NCBI GenBank assembly: GCA_050250895.1
Contig: JBFWNU010000004.1
Coordinates: 558,934-622,933 of the forward strand
From: Vulcanimicrobiota bacterium
Lineage (GTDB): Bacteria > Vulcanimicrobiota > Xenobia > Xenobiales > JADMJV01
Length of the DNA stretch: 64,000 bases
Direction of reading: 5' to 3'
The notes under the pieces are model-generated. The model was not told where the DNA came from and ran no database searches. It saw only the letters and a list, made by a program, of their open reading frames with translations. Positions 18,700 to 28,468 of the stretch are shown piece after piece; position 1 is the stretch's first letter, and each line of letters opens with the position of its first letter. The position numbers and the translations under genes are program-made.

Positions 18700-20226
18700 T
18701 TGGAACCTCTTGACCTGAAGAAGCCGGGCGTACTCATGGGGCTAGGAATAGCCCTGGCGGTGTTCCTGATGATGACCACCGCGGGGTTGTTCCTCAGCAT
18801 CGGCAAGGTCAATCCTGACGACGGCCAGGTCGTCGCCGAGTCGCAGCCTTACCTCGAGGCCCGTTTTCTGGGCTTTCCCGTGGCCGGCCAGATGCTGGTG
18901 GATGCCCGCCCCATCGCCTTTACCATGCAACGCTTCCCCGGGCGCGTGGTGGGGCTGCCGGGCCCGTTGTCGGAGGGCTCGCACACGGTGGTGCTCGACC
19001 TGCGCACGGCCCTGGGCCGCCGGGCTCGCAAGGTGTGGCAGGTGCGGGTCGACCGCCAGGGTCCTGGTCTGACCCTCGAGTCCCCCGCCGACGGTGAAGT
19101 GACCGGCAAGGAAGAACTCGAAGTCCAGGGCCACTCCGAGCCGGGTAGCCGGGTGCGCATCAACGACCAGGAGGTGAGAGCCGACGGAGGTGGCCAGTTC
19201 AGCCTCAGTCTGACCCTCAAGCCGGGCGAGAATACCCTGACGGTATCGGCTGTCGACGAGGCCGGCAATACCGAAACGCTCGAGCGAGGTTTCTATTGCG
19301 ACCTGACCCCGCCAGAAGTGAAAGTGATTTCGCCCAAAGAGGGCGAGCACATCAAGAAGGCCCCTCCCACCGTGACTCTGGCCATCCAGGAGGACCGTGG
19401 TCTCAAAGACATCGTGGTGACCGTCGATGGCAAGGAATACAAAAGCCAGGCCGATGAAGAATCGGGCCAGTTCCATATTTCCCTGGGCAACCTGGCCCAG
19501 GGCGAGCGCCAGCTGACGGTCATGGTCGAGGATCTGGCCGGCCACCTGATCAAGCACGAACGCACGGTGGTGGTCGACACCTCCGAGACCTTTGGCGAGG
19601 CCAACCTGACCCGCGGCGCGGTGGGCGCCGACGTCAAGGGCCTGCAGAAGCGCCTGCACAAGCTAGGTTTCCTCGAACAATCCGATATCAACGGGCAGTT
19701 CGACGAGACCACCCTGAGCGCCCTCAAGCGTTATCAAACCGAGGAGGGGCTCGAGCCCGACGGCACCGTGGGACCTCAGGTGCTGGCCTCGCTCGGCCCG
19801 CGAATCTATGTGAACCTGGCCAGGTTTGGACTGGTGCTCGAAGACCCCATGGCCGCTCCCCGACGGTTCGGCATTGCCCACGGCATGCTCGAGCATCCTA
19901 CTCCAACGGGCAAATTCCGCATCGTCGAGAAAATCAAGAACCCCGAGTGGATCCCTCCCGATTCTCCCTGGGCTCGCGAGGCCAAGTTGACCCCGCCCGG
20001 GCCCGACAACCCGCTGGGCACTCGCTGGCTGGGCCTGGATTCGAACCTCGTGGGCCTGCACGGCACGCCCTTTCCGGGCACCATCGGCACCCGCTCGTCC
20101 CACGGGTGTGTAAGGCTGAAGATTACCGATATCGAGGCTCTCTACGAATTGGTCAACGTGGGTACGCCCGTGACCATCTTCGCCGGCAGCGAAGACGACC
20201 CGAACCTCGAGAGACTCTGGCCCTGA
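18700..20226 (+). CDS. L,D-transpeptidase (YkuD) with TM anchor, Ig-like and peptidoglycan-binding domains
   Basis: TPTG.F, NPLGTRWLGL and GLHGT...SHGCVRL motifs; LQKRL..LG...DG.VGP PG-binding motif. Confidence 0.9.
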   Translation: MEPLDLKKPGVLMGLGIALAVFLMMTTAGLFLSIGKVNPDDGQVVAESQPYLEARFLGFPVAGQMLVDARPIAFTMQRFPGRVVGLPGPLSEGSHTVVLDLRTALGRRARKVWQVRVDRQGPGLTLESPADGEVTGKEELEVQGHSEPGSRVRINDQEVRADGGGQFSLSLTLKPGENTLTVSAVDEAGNTETLERGFYCDLTPPEVKVISPKEGEHIKKAPPTVTLAIQEDRGLKDIVVTVDGKEYKSQADEESGQFHISLGNLAQGERQLTVMVEDLAGHLIKHERTVVVDTSETFGEANLTRGAVGADVKGLQKRLHKLGFLEQSDINGQFDETTLSALKRYQTEEGLEPDGTVGPQVLASLGPRIYVNLARFGLVLEDPMAAPRRFGIAHGMLEHPTPTGKFRIVEKIKNPEWIPPDSPWAREAKLTPPGPDNPLGTRWLGLDSNLVGLHGTPFPGTIGTRSSHGCVRLKITDIEALYELVNVGTPVTIFAGSEDDPNLERLWP

Positions 20227-20879
20227 TGCACGAGAAGATCCTGGTGGTCGAGGACGAGGCGTCCATCGCCGATTTTCTCCAGGTCAATCTCTCCAAAGAA
20301 GGCTTCTCGGTGGTCTGGGCTCGCGACGGACTCGAAGCTGTCGAACTGTTTGGCCAGCACAGCCCCGACCTGGTCCTGCTGGATATGATGCTGCCAGGCC
20401 TGACCGGGTTGGATGTGCTCAAGCGCATTCGCCATCACTCCGAGGCGCCGGTGCTGGTGGTCTCGGTGCGCGATGACGAAGTCGACAAGGTGTGCGCCCT
20501 CGAGATGGGGGCCGACGACTATGTGACCAAGCCGTTCTCGGCCCGCGAATTGGTGGCTCGCATCCGGGCCAATCTCAGAGTAGGCCGGGGTCAGCAGCGG
20601 GTGCGCCTGGCCGACCTCGAGATCGACTTTCGACGGGCCGAGTTGTTTCGCGACGGCGTGCGCATCTTTCTCTCGGCCCGTGAGTTCGAGACGCTCCATC
20701 TGCTCTATCAGAATCGGGATCGGGTGCTCACCCGCGACTTCTTTCTAGAGAGGGTTTGGGGCTACGACTACGAGGGCGACCCCAGAGTGGTCGACACCAC
20801 CGTCAAGCGCCTGCGACGCAAGATCGGGGCCGATCTGGTCGAGACAGTCCGAGGGCTGGGCTACCGCCTGCCTCGATGA
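20226..20879 (+). CDS. OmpR-family response regulator (CreB-like by context)
   Basis: MHEKILVVEDE...DMMLPG...GADDYVTKPF...VRGLGY; ATG overlaps the upstream stop. Confidence 0.92.
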   Translation: MHEKILVVEDEASIADFLQVNLSKEGFSVVWARDGLEAVELFGQHSPDLVLLDMMLPGLTGLDVLKRIRHHSEAPVLVVSVRDDEVDKVCALEMGADDYVTKPFSARELVARIRANLRVGRGQQRVRLADLEIDFRRAELFRDGVRIFLSAREFETLHLLYQNRDRVLTRDFFLERVWGYDYEGDPRVVDTTVKRLRRKIGADLVETVRGLGYRLPR

Positions 20880-22255
20880 GGACAGTCTCCTGGCTGCTGC
20901 TGGCCAGTCTCGGCCTGATCGCCCTGTTCGCCCTGGCCTCGGCCCTGATGCGCGGCTACGAGCGGACCGAACTCAACCGGCTAGAGAGTTCGATGGCAGC
21001 CACCGCGCGCATCGTGGCTCCCCAGGTCGAGCCCTCCTTGAGCCGCCCTACCCCACCGCCCCGACCGGACCTGCAAAGAGCCCTGCGCGAGACCGGCAAT
21101 GTCACCGGCTCGCGCACCCGGGTGCTCGACCGCAATCGCTCGGTATGGATCGACTCGCTGGAGCAACCTCCCCAACAAGGGCTTCGCTTTCGTCCCGAGA
21201 TCGACCAGGCGTTTGCCGGCCACTACTCGGCCTACACCCGTTTCGCCGACGAAAACGAACTCTCGCTGGCCCTGTTCATCGCCTGGCCCGTCTTCTCGGG
21301 CGATCAGGTGGTGGGGGTGGTCTACATCAGTCACACCACCGACGAGATTCTCCAGCACCTGGGTAAGCTGCGCCGCCGGGCTCAGCAACTGTTGGCCGGC
21401 CTGACGGTGGTGGTCTTCCTGGCCGCTCTCGGCCTCTCGGGCAGCTTGTCGCGCACGCTGGGGCGCCTGCGCGGGGTGGTCAGCCCCGGGGTGGCCGAGG
21501 AAGGTCTCGACGACGTGACCCGCATCGAGCGTAGCTTTCAGCAACTGGTCGACAATCTCGAGACCAAGGTGGCCGAACTCGAACTCGAACGCACTCGCAC
21601 CCGCCAGTTCATCGAGGACGTGGCCCACGAACTCAAGACGCCGGTCACCGGGTTATGCGGCTCGGTCGAAACCTTGATGGCGGCCGAACTCGAGCCCGAA
21701 ACCCAGCAAAAGCTGCTGGGAAATCTCGAGCGTGAGGCCCAGCGCCTGTCGACTCTGACCTCTCGCCTGCTCGAGCGGCAAAAGCTCGACTATTACGAAA
21801 TGCAGCCGGTCGATTTCGAGCTGGTATCCTTGCTCGAGACGGTGCTCGACAGTTTCGCGGTAGCGGCCGAAAAGCGCGAGGTGAAGCTGGTCTTCCAGGG
21901 GCCCGACCAGGCCCGAGCCCGAGGGGATGCCGATAAGTTGCGACGGGTGGTCGAGAACCTGGTCGAAAACGCCGTGCGTTGTTCGCCCCGGGGGTCGCAG
22001 GTGACCATCGGCCTCGAGGGACAGGCCGCCGGTTGGCGGGTGAGCGTTGACGACGAGGGACCGGGTGTGCCCGAGGCCCTGCGCGAAAAGATCTTCGAGC
22101 GCCATCGCCAGGGCAAGGAACAAGCCGGCAGCCTGGGCCTGGGACTGTCGATCGCCGCCGAGATCGTGTCGCGCCACGGGCACACCCTTCTGGTCGAGCC
22201 TCGAACACGGGTTGGCTCGAGATTTGCCTTTGTGGTCGAGCGAACTGACACCTGA
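20876..22255 (+). CDS. Membrane sensor histidine kinase (CreC-like by context)
   Basis: Two TM segments; AHELKTP, NLVENA, DEGPG and GLGLSI boxes. Confidence 0.9.
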   Translation: MRTVSWLLLASLGLIALFALASALMRGYERTELNRLESSMAATARIVAPQVEPSLSRPTPPPRPDLQRALRETGNVTGSRTRVLDRNRSVWIDSLEQPPQQGLRFRPEIDQAFAGHYSAYTRFADENELSLALFIAWPVFSGDQVVGVVYISHTTDEILQHLGKLRRRAQQLLAGLTVVVFLAALGLSGSLSRTLGRLRGVVSPGVAEEGLDDVTRIERSFQQLVDNLETKVAELELERTRTRQFIEDVAHELKTPVTGLCGSVETLMAAELEPETQQKLLGNLEREAQRLSTLTSRLLERQKLDYYEMQPVDFELVSLLETVLDSFAVAAEKREVKLVFQGPDQARARGDADKLRRVVENLVENAVRCSPRGSQVTIGLEGQAAGWRVSVDDEGPGVPEALREKIFERHRQGKEQAGSLGLGLSIAAEIVSRHGHTLLVEPRTRVGSRFAFVVERTDT

Positions 22256-22300
22256 TTGACACACGGGTGACCTGCGCCTGACCAGCGCTACCGCTAGCCT
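22256..22300 (+). promoter_or_regulatory. Three TGAC repeats at 11-bp period plus -10 TAGCCT, leaderless to ATG 22307
   Basis: TGAC at 22257, 22268 and 22279; TAGCCT at 22295-22300. Confidence 0.5.
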
Positions 22301-22306
22301 GGGGGT

Positions 22307-23434
22307 ATGCGCTATACCACCCTGTTCTTGATCTATTTGCTCGCCTCGTTTGCCTGGGTCATGCTGGGTCTTCGCCTGCAAGCCCGTCACCAGGGGCAAG
22401 ATGCCCGCTTGCGAGCGGCGGTGGCCGACCTGTGGGGGGCCAGCCATCGCCAGGAGGGCCCCACTCTGATGCATCCAGAAGGCAAGGTCCTGGCCCTGGA
22501 CTCGACCCGGGCTACGGTCGAGTTGGCCCTGGAATATCGCCGCAAAGGCATGCTCTGGTACTCGACCTATCGGGTCAACTTCGACGCCAAATACCAGCTC
22601 GAATGCCCGGTCGAGGGAGGACGCTTCCACTTTCCGCTGCCCGCCCGGGGAGGCATGTACAGCGACTTCTCGCTGGCTGTCGACGGGCAGCCGGTGGAAG
22701 GCCAACTGGCCGATTCAGTGCTGGTGCTGCCCGTGCCCAAAGGTAAGCATGAGGTCGAGGTGAGGCTCAGTTCGCAAGGCTTAGACAGCTGGTCCTATCA
22801 GTTTCGCAAGGGCAGCCCCACGCGCAGCCTCGACCTGGTGATGCACACCAATTTTACGGGGGTCGACTTTCCGGACGGAACCGTCTCGCCGGTCAGCCAG
22901 AAGAGCTATCAGAACGGCCTCGAACTCAAGTGGAGCTACGCCAAGCTCCTGACCGGCGCCACCATCGGGGTCGAGTTGCCCCATCGGTCCAATCCAGGAC
23001 CCAGGTTGATCTCGCTGTGCCTATGGGCGCCGGTGGGACTGCTGCTGTTCCTGGGTCTGACCACCGTCTTCGCCATGGTAGACCGAGTCGACATCCAACC
23101 ACTGCACTATTTCTTGCTGGTGGCTGGCTTCTTCAGCTTTCACCTCTTGCTCGTCTATCTGGGCGACGTGGTCAACCTGGCCTGGGCCTTCGGTCTGGCC
23201 GGAGCGGCCTCGAGCTTCGTCTGCGTGAGCTACGCCCGGCGGGTCACCGGCTCACCGTTTGCCTACAAGCGGGCGGCCCCGGCTCTGGCCCTGAGCCTGG
23301 TCACGTTCTCGCTGGCCTTCCTGAGCGAGGCCTACCGGGGACTGCTGCTGGTGGTGTTGTTGGTGGTCTGTCTGCACGTGGTCATGCAGGTCACCGCCGG
23401 GTTTGATTGGGACGAGGTGGCCAGCAATGGCTAA
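22307..23434 (+). CDS. CreD-like inner membrane protein
   Basis: N-terminal TM, WG..Q.GP, soluble domain, then about six C-terminal TMs with I.PL.Y.LV; follows a two-component system. Confidence 0.65.
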   Translation: MRYTTLFLIYLLASFAWVMLGLRLQARHQGQDARLRAAVADLWGASHRQEGPTLMHPEGKVLALDSTRATVELALEYRRKGMLWYSTYRVNFDAKYQLECPVEGGRFHFPLPARGGMYSDFSLAVDGQPVEGQLADSVLVLPVPKGKHEVEVRLSSQGLDSWSYQFRKGSPTRSLDLVMHTNFTGVDFPDGTVSPVSQKSYQNGLELKWSYAKLLTGATIGVELPHRSNPGPRLISLCLWAPVGLLLFLGLTTVFAMVDRVDIQPLHYFLLVAGFFSFHLLLVYLGDVVNLAWAFGLAGAASSFVCVSYARRVTGSPFAYKRAAPALALSLVTFSLAFLSEAYRGLLLVVLLVVCLHVVMQVTAGFDWDEVASNG

Positions 23435-24335
23435 GCGCAAGATTCTGCTCGGCCTCTTCGGGCTGGCTTGCCTGTGGACCGCCGTCAACCTCTATCGCAC
23501 CTACAGTTGGCCGGCCGAACCGGCGCGCCCCAGCGCCGAAAACGGGGTCTGGCTCGGCCACCGCTGGCTCACGCCTCAGTCCGACGTGACCCAACTAGCC
23601 GCTCGAGTCGAGCAGCACGGTCTGGGCTATCTGTTCGTGCACGCCGGACCCCTCGATTGGCAGGGCAAAGTGGCCGCTCTGCCTGGCGAGTGGGACGGAT
23701 TGGCACAACTTCGCCGCCATTGCCCCGAGACCCAAATCTATGCCTGGCTGGGCGGACTTAACGCCGACTTTCTGGGTCAGGCCGAGGACACCGTGGACCT
23801 TTCTTCGTCGCGGGTGCGAGCCAACATTGTGGCCACCGGCCGCCGCCTGGTCGAGGCCGGCTTCGATGGGATTCACTATGACCTCGAGCCGGTGCGCGAG
23901 GGAGACTCCAACTTTCTAGCTCTGCTGCGTGAGAGTCGCGAGGCCGGGCTGCTGGTCTCGGTGGCCACTCCCCAGGTGCGACCACAAGGCCTGCCACTGC
24001 CCCAGCTGTGGAGCCAGGACTACTACATCCGGGTGGGCGGTCTGGTCGACCAGGTGGTGCTGATGGGCTATGACACCTGCCAGCCCAGCCAGGACCTCTA
24101 TACCCGCTATCTGGCCTATCAGACCCACCAGGTGGGCACGGTCAGTTGCCAGTTCCTTTTGGGCTTGCCCACTTACGATGACAACGCGCCCTATCACAAT
24201 CCGGCCCACGAGACGCTGGCCGCCGGACTGGCGGCCGCCGGCCCGGCCGACGGAGTGGCCATCTATGCCTATTGGACGACCACGGAGTCAGATTGGACGC
24301 TCATCGACGATGGGCGTCGAAAAAGTCGCCAATGA
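23427..24335 (+). CDS. GH18-like TIM-barrel glycoside hydrolase
   Basis: GFDGIHYDLEP (DxxxxDxE), VLMGYD and LGLPTY motifs. Confidence 0.75.
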   Translation: MAKRKILLGLFGLACLWTAVNLYRTYSWPAEPARPSAENGVWLGHRWLTPQSDVTQLAARVEQHGLGYLFVHAGPLDWQGKVAALPGEWDGLAQLRRHCPETQIYAWLGGLNADFLGQAEDTVDLSSSRVRANIVATGRRLVEAGFDGIHYDLEPVREGDSNFLALLRESREAGLLVSVATPQVRPQGLPLPQLWSQDYYIRVGGLVDQVVLMGYDTCQPSQDLYTRYLAYQTHQVGTVSCQFLLGLPTYDDNAPYHNPAHETLAAGLAAAGPADGVAIYAYWTTTESDWTLIDDGRRKSRQ

Positions 24336-25176
24336 TCTCGACGGCGTCGATGTCGCGACAGACTCTTCCGATCATCTTCTCGGGCAGATACTGGTGGCCT
24401 CCTGGCACGGTGTGACCACCGCCGATGACGCGATAGAAAACCACCTCGGCTGCCCCGCCGGCGTAGACGCTCTTTTCAACGCTACAGCCGTCGTTGGTCA
24501 GATCCGGAAGCTTTTCGACCACCGGCTCGCCGCTGCAGCCGTTGCGGCCGCACCAGAGCTCGAGAGCCCTGGCGGTCGAGACGATGGGCACGGCCTTCAC
24601 CTTGCCCACCGAGATCGCTCCACCCGCGTAGGGAACCCAGGGGTCGGTGGTGCTCTGAAAGATGAGCACCGAAACCGGCCGGGTGGGAGCAAAATCGCGA
24701 GCCATCGGCTCGGTCAGTCCGCCGATGATAGGCGCGATGGCGGCAAAGCGGTCGGACATCTCCATCCCCACCCGATGGCTCATGATGCCGCCGTTGGACG
24801 GCCCGGTGGCGTAGACCCGATTGGGATGGATGGGATAGTCCTTGGCGACCCGATCCAGCAGCGCTCGAACGAAAGCGAGATCATCCACGGCTCTGCTCAT
24901 CCCGAGGTCTTGGGGCCGCGAACGGCCATCACTCCAGTGATGTTCAAAGCCGTCCGGAAAGACCACCAGATAGCCCCGGTCGGCTAGTCTTGAAAAACCT
25001 TGCAGAGCCGTTCCTCGAGCCGAACCGCCGCCTCCATGGAAGACGATGATCACCGGCAAGCGCCGGTCCGACTCGCGGCTGCTCGGCTCGACTACAAAGT
25101 AACGGCGCCGCTCGCCGTCGACATTCAGATAAACCAGGCAGGGCGGGCCAAGCACGGTAAAGCGGTGGCCAGCCAC
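24301..25176 (-). CDS. PHB depolymerase/LpqC-like alpha/beta esterase
   Basis: FHGGGG, VDD.AF, YATGPSNGG and GGGHTVPG motifs. Confidence 0.85.
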   Translation of the reverse strand: MAGHRFTVLGPPCLVYLNVDGERRRYFVVEPSSRESDRRLPVIIVFHGGGGSARGTALQGFSRLADRGYLVVFPDGFEHHWSDGRSRPQDLGMSRAVDDLAFVRALLDRVAKDYPIHPNRVYATGPSNGGIMSHRVGMEMSDRFAAIAPIIGGLTEPMARDFAPTRPVSVLIFQSTTDPWVPYAGGAISVGKVKAVPIVSTARALELWCGRNGCSGEPVVEKLPDLTNDGCSVEKSVYAGGAAEVVFYRVIGGGHTVPGGHQYLPEKMIGRVCRDIDAVEIIGDFFDAHRR

Positions 25177-25209
25177 AGAGCTACCACGAGAGCCTTGAGC
25201 ACGAAAGTG

Positions 25210-26031
25210 TTATTGAGGGACACTCTCGCCGGCCAGGTGGTAGAACAGGCTGCCGTCGTAGAGTTGATGGAATCGCTCCCGGCTGAGGGCATTCACGGTT
25301 TGCCCGTCAACCTGAGTGGGTTGACCCGCCAGTTCAAGCAACATCTCGAACTCGGCGCGGGCGCCCGCCTGGCCGGAATCGGTCTTGTTGCCGGCCAGCA
25401 GATGCTCGATCTCGCCAGCGTCGAGAGCGTTGTTTTTGTCGAGATCATTAGCGTTGAACATCTGGTCGACTCGCTCGGGGACGACCTGGCCCTGAGTGTC
25501 GTAGATGCCGGTATCGCTGCCGTGCTTGCCGAGGTGGATGTTGTCGGTGATGATGGTGGTGGGCGAATACCAGGGGGCTCCGGTTGCAGGGCCCAGCGCT
25601 CCGTTGATAACGGTGGCTACCAGGGCGGCTTTGGGAGCGGCCATGTGCATGGCGCGCAAACCCTGATAGGTCTCGGGAATCTGGATGTCGCCATCACCGT
25701 CGCGGTCAAAGAAGTCGACGTGCTTCTCCAGGCCGGTGCGAGTCTGGCTGACGGTGGTGGCCGGCGTGATCGGCACAAATGCGCTGCCAGCCACGACGGC
25801 CGCGAGTCCGGCCAGGGCCAGGCCGACCTTGAGACCTAGATGTCTTGATTTGGGGGCCACCGGGTCGCTGGTGGGTCCGAGGGTGGCTGGCTCGATGGTA
25901 TCAGGGCCGCCCGAGGTCGGGGGGGCGGTCGATTCAAATCGATCGGTGTCGGGGGAGGGGGTCTGGGGCGGGGTTGCGGATGCAAACCTGGACACAGGCG
26001 TGGCCAGGGCTGGCGTGAACTTTACTTGCAT
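25210..26031 (-). CDS. Caleosin/peroxygenase family protein
   Basis: LEKHVDFFDRDGDGDI...ETYQGLR EF-hand, NIH..KHGSDTGIYD..G and YDGSLFY motifs. Confidence 0.85.
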   Translation of the reverse strand: MQVKFTPALATPVSRFASATPPQTPSPDTDRFESTAPPTSGGPDTIEPATLGPTSDPVAPKSRHLGLKVGLALAGLAAVVAGSAFVPITPATTVSQTRTGLEKHVDFFDRDGDGDIQIPETYQGLRAMHMAAPKAALVATVINGALGPATGAPWYSPTTIITDNIHLGKHGSDTGIYDTQGQVVPERVDQMFNANDLDKNNALDAGEIEHLLAGNKTDSGQAGARAEFEMLLELAGQPTQVDGQTVNALSRERFHQLYDGSLFYHLAGESVPQ

Positions 26032-26078
26032 GGCGTGGCGGGACTCCTTATTACTTGAGCGATTGGTGGCCCCGAGCG

Positions 26079-26111
26079 AGACTATCCCAGCGACGTGAAA
26101 GAATGCTGAAT
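26079..26111 (-). promoter_or_regulatory. Direct-repeat promoter: ATTCAGC-N4-TTTCACG-N9-TAGTCT
   Basis: Read directly from the sequence; recurrent architecture. Confidence 0.65.
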
Positions 26112-26115
26112 TGGG

Positions 26116-27012
26116 TCAGGGACCGAGATATCGCTTCATCAGAGCGCCCAGGCCCACCAGCAAGAAACCGCCACAGCTCACCAGCACGGTCTCCCAAAAA
26201 TAGCCGAAGGTCCAGGCTGCCTCAAAGGTGCCGACGCGCGGAGAGCCCTTCCTGTAGCGCACCTGGGGATGGCTTCCCACCGCCAGGCTCCCGGCCGCGA
26301 GTTGCTCGAGCTGGCTTCGGTTTCGGCTGCTGGCCCGGGTCGAAAGGGTCGACTCGACCGTCTGTCCCTCGGCCGTGTAGCTGCATCTGACCTGCAATCG
26401 CAAGGTGTTGCGGGTGGCCGGCACGATGCGGTTCGAAATCACGGTGGCTTCGGCCACGGGCCAGTTGGTGAGAACATCGACCTTCTTGACCACCAGGACC
26501 ACCCCCACCCCGACCAATCCCAGCCCGATGACTACAAAACCCAACCCGGCCAGAGCTACGGCGTCGCTACGGTCGCTCAAAGCCATGACACCGACCGGAA
26601 TCACCCCGAACAACAGACCCCCTCCCGCCAAAGCCAGGGGGATGATCCAATCGCTCCCGCCGGGCGGCAGGCGAAGGTCCTCGGGATCGCTGGGGTTCTG
26701 GGGCAGGTCGACCTCGGCTCCCACTGGAGTAGCTGCCAGGGCCGACTCGATCAAGGTTACATCCGAACTCGACCAGGAGGTGGTCAGGACTTTCTCGGCA
26801 CCCTGGCTGGTCTTGATCCGAACCTCGCCCAGAAAGTCATTGCCGTTGGGCACAACCTGACTGGAGATCACCTCGACGGTGAGCTTCGGCCAACCTGCCA
26901 CGCGCTGCATCGACCAGCCAAAAAAGCCGCCCAGAGCAAGCAACAGGGCGCCAATTCCCCAAAAGATCAAAACCACGGGGTCGCGCAGGAACTTCATGGA
27001 TGAGATTTCCAC
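26116..27012 (-). CDS. Membrane protein with two DUF3592-like units (start possibly 26997)
   Basis: Two TM-WP...VISS-beta-domain-TM units. Confidence 0.65.
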   Translation of the reverse strand: MEISSMKFLRDPVVLIFWGIGALLLALGGFFGWSMQRVAGWPKLTVEVISSQVVPNGNDFLGEVRIKTSQGAEKVLTTSWSSSDVTLIESALAATPVGAEVDLPQNPSDPEDLRLPPGGSDWIIPLALAGGGLLFGVIPVGVMALSDRSDAVALAGLGFVVIGLGLVGVGVVLVVKKVDVLTNWPVAEATVISNRIVPATRNTLRLQVRCSYTAEGQTVESTLSTRASSRNRSQLEQLAAGSLAVGSHPQVRYRKGSPRVGTFEAAWTFGYFWETVLVSCGGFLLVGLGALMKRYLGP

Positions 27013-27075
27013 CTGAGGACCTGGACTTTCCTACAGCGTCGAGGGTATCCAGACGGATCTGTCCAAGCCACTGCG

Positions 27076-27555
27076 ATGCGATACCTTCTCCTGGTCCTGA
27101 TGCTGCTCGGCTCCCCGGCCTGGTGCGAACTCGTAACCGACGAGGACAAGAGCTTCTCGCTGGAGTGCCCGACGGACTGGACGGTGCTCGCAGTGAAGGC
27201 TGGCCACGTCATCCTCTCGGCTCCCAACCCTCAGCTGAGCGTAATCCTGGTCGGAGTCGAGCCCGAACCCATCAAGACCGAGGCCGGCCGGGAAAGCGCC
27301 CGCGAAGTCATGAAGCAAGCTGTGGCCGGCCAATGGAAGAGCCTCGACTTCGCTCCTGAGGAATCAACCCTCTGGGCCGGCCTGAAGGGCTGGCGGTCCG
27401 AGGCGACGGCCGTGCTCAAGAGCGGCAAGACGATCTCCGGCTACGTGATCCTGGTCCAGGGTAAAACCTCGGCCTATTATCTTTTCTACCTGGCCGACAA
27501 TGTCGACCAGGCGAAGACCGCCAGCGCCTGCCTCGAAAGCTTCCAAGAGCTTTAA
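27076..27555 (+). CDS. Secreted hypothetical protein
   Basis: Signal peptide ending SPAWC; FSLECPTDW is reminiscent of PsbP-like folds. Confidence 0.65.
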   Translation: MRYLLLVLMLLGSPAWCELVTDEDKSFSLECPTDWTVLAVKAGHVILSAPNPQLSVILVGVEPEPIKTEAGRESAREVMKQAVAGQWKSLDFAPEESTLWAGLKGWRSEATAVLKSGKTISGYVILVQGKTSAYYLFYLADNVDQAKTASACLESFQEL

Positions 27556-27563
27556 TCGCCAGT

Positions 27564-28115
27564 CTAGAATCGAGTGACCGGCGGGGATTGCTGATTGGCC
27601 AAAAACACCTTGAAGGTGACCTCGTAGAGGCTTCCGGCGGCGTCGCTGGTGAGGCGAATCTCCACCATGCCCTGGGTTGGCTGGTTGAAAGAGGCCTCCC
27701 CACGCTCTCCCAGTCGAGCCAGCAGCCGGGTCCGCCCGGCATCATCTTCGTGAACCAGGTTGGTCCCCTCCAGTCGAATCTTTTGACTGGCTCCCCAGCG
27801 GGGAGCACCCCATTGATCCACCTCAAGCAGCTCGTCGTTCTTGAGGGGCGGTTGAAACTCGAGCTCGGTGGCAGCCGGGTCCCCCACTTTGGGAGCGACC
27901 AGTTCGCTCCCCCGCAGCAGCCGCTGGATGTGCCCCACGCCGAGCATAGCCGCCCGGTAAGCCTGGCTGTGAACGTCTTGCTTGGCCGAGGCCTGAAAGC
28001 TGAGGCGGTAGGCAGCCAGAGTCATCACCGTCAGCATGGCGAAGATGGCGCTGGCCACCAGCACCTCGGCCAGGGTCAGCCCTCGGCGAGTTACTCGCGG
28101 AGCAAACGCGTCCAC
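27564..28115 (-). CDS. Prepilin-type minor pilin (PilW-like); paralog of 13397-13981
   Basis: RRG-LTLAEVLVA; shared K..VH..AYRA motif. Confidence 0.8.
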   Translation of the reverse strand: MDAFAPRVTRRGLTLAEVLVASAIFAMLTVMTLAAYRLSFQASAKQDVHSQAYRAAMLGVGHIQRLLRGSELVAPKVGDPAATELEFQPPLKNDELLEVDQWGAPRWGASQKIRLEGTNLVHEDDAGRTRLLARLGERGEASFNQPTQGMVEIRLTSDAAGSLYEVTFKVFLANQQSPPVTRF

Positions 28116-28468
28116 AGCCTGTAGTTCTGCTCGGCCTGATCGTCGGTCCAGAACACCCGCACCTCGACCCGCTTGAGGTCGGGATCCTCCACCACCTCGG
28201 CGACCTCGACCTCGAAACCCGGGGTGGTCGAGGCTGCTCTGGGTCGACCGGTGCTGGTCTCGAAGTCATCCTTTAGTGATTGCTCGACCTCGCTCAACAC
28301 GGTAGAGGCCACCAGGCTGGCGGTATGACGCTGGGTTGACTTGCTCTGAGTAGAGAGGGCGAAGGTCTGCATCGAGAGCGTTCCCAGCAAAGCGATGGAA
28401 AGCACGGCCATGGCCACCAGCACCTCGGCCAGGGTGAAAGCCCGCTCAGTAGCTGGCCATCGGCACAT
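28091..28468 (-). CDS. Prepilin-type minor pilin (PilV-like); paralog of 12946-13431
   Basis: RA-FTLAEVLVA; shared QRH.AS..A and FEVEV motifs; start uncertain. Confidence 0.8.
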   Translation of the reverse strand: MCRWPATERAFTLAEVLVAMAVLSIALLGTLSMQTFALSTQSKSTQRHTASLVASTVLSEVEQSLKDDFETSTGRPRAASTTPGFEVEVAEVVEDPDLKRVEVRVFWTDDQAEQNYRLWTRLLRE

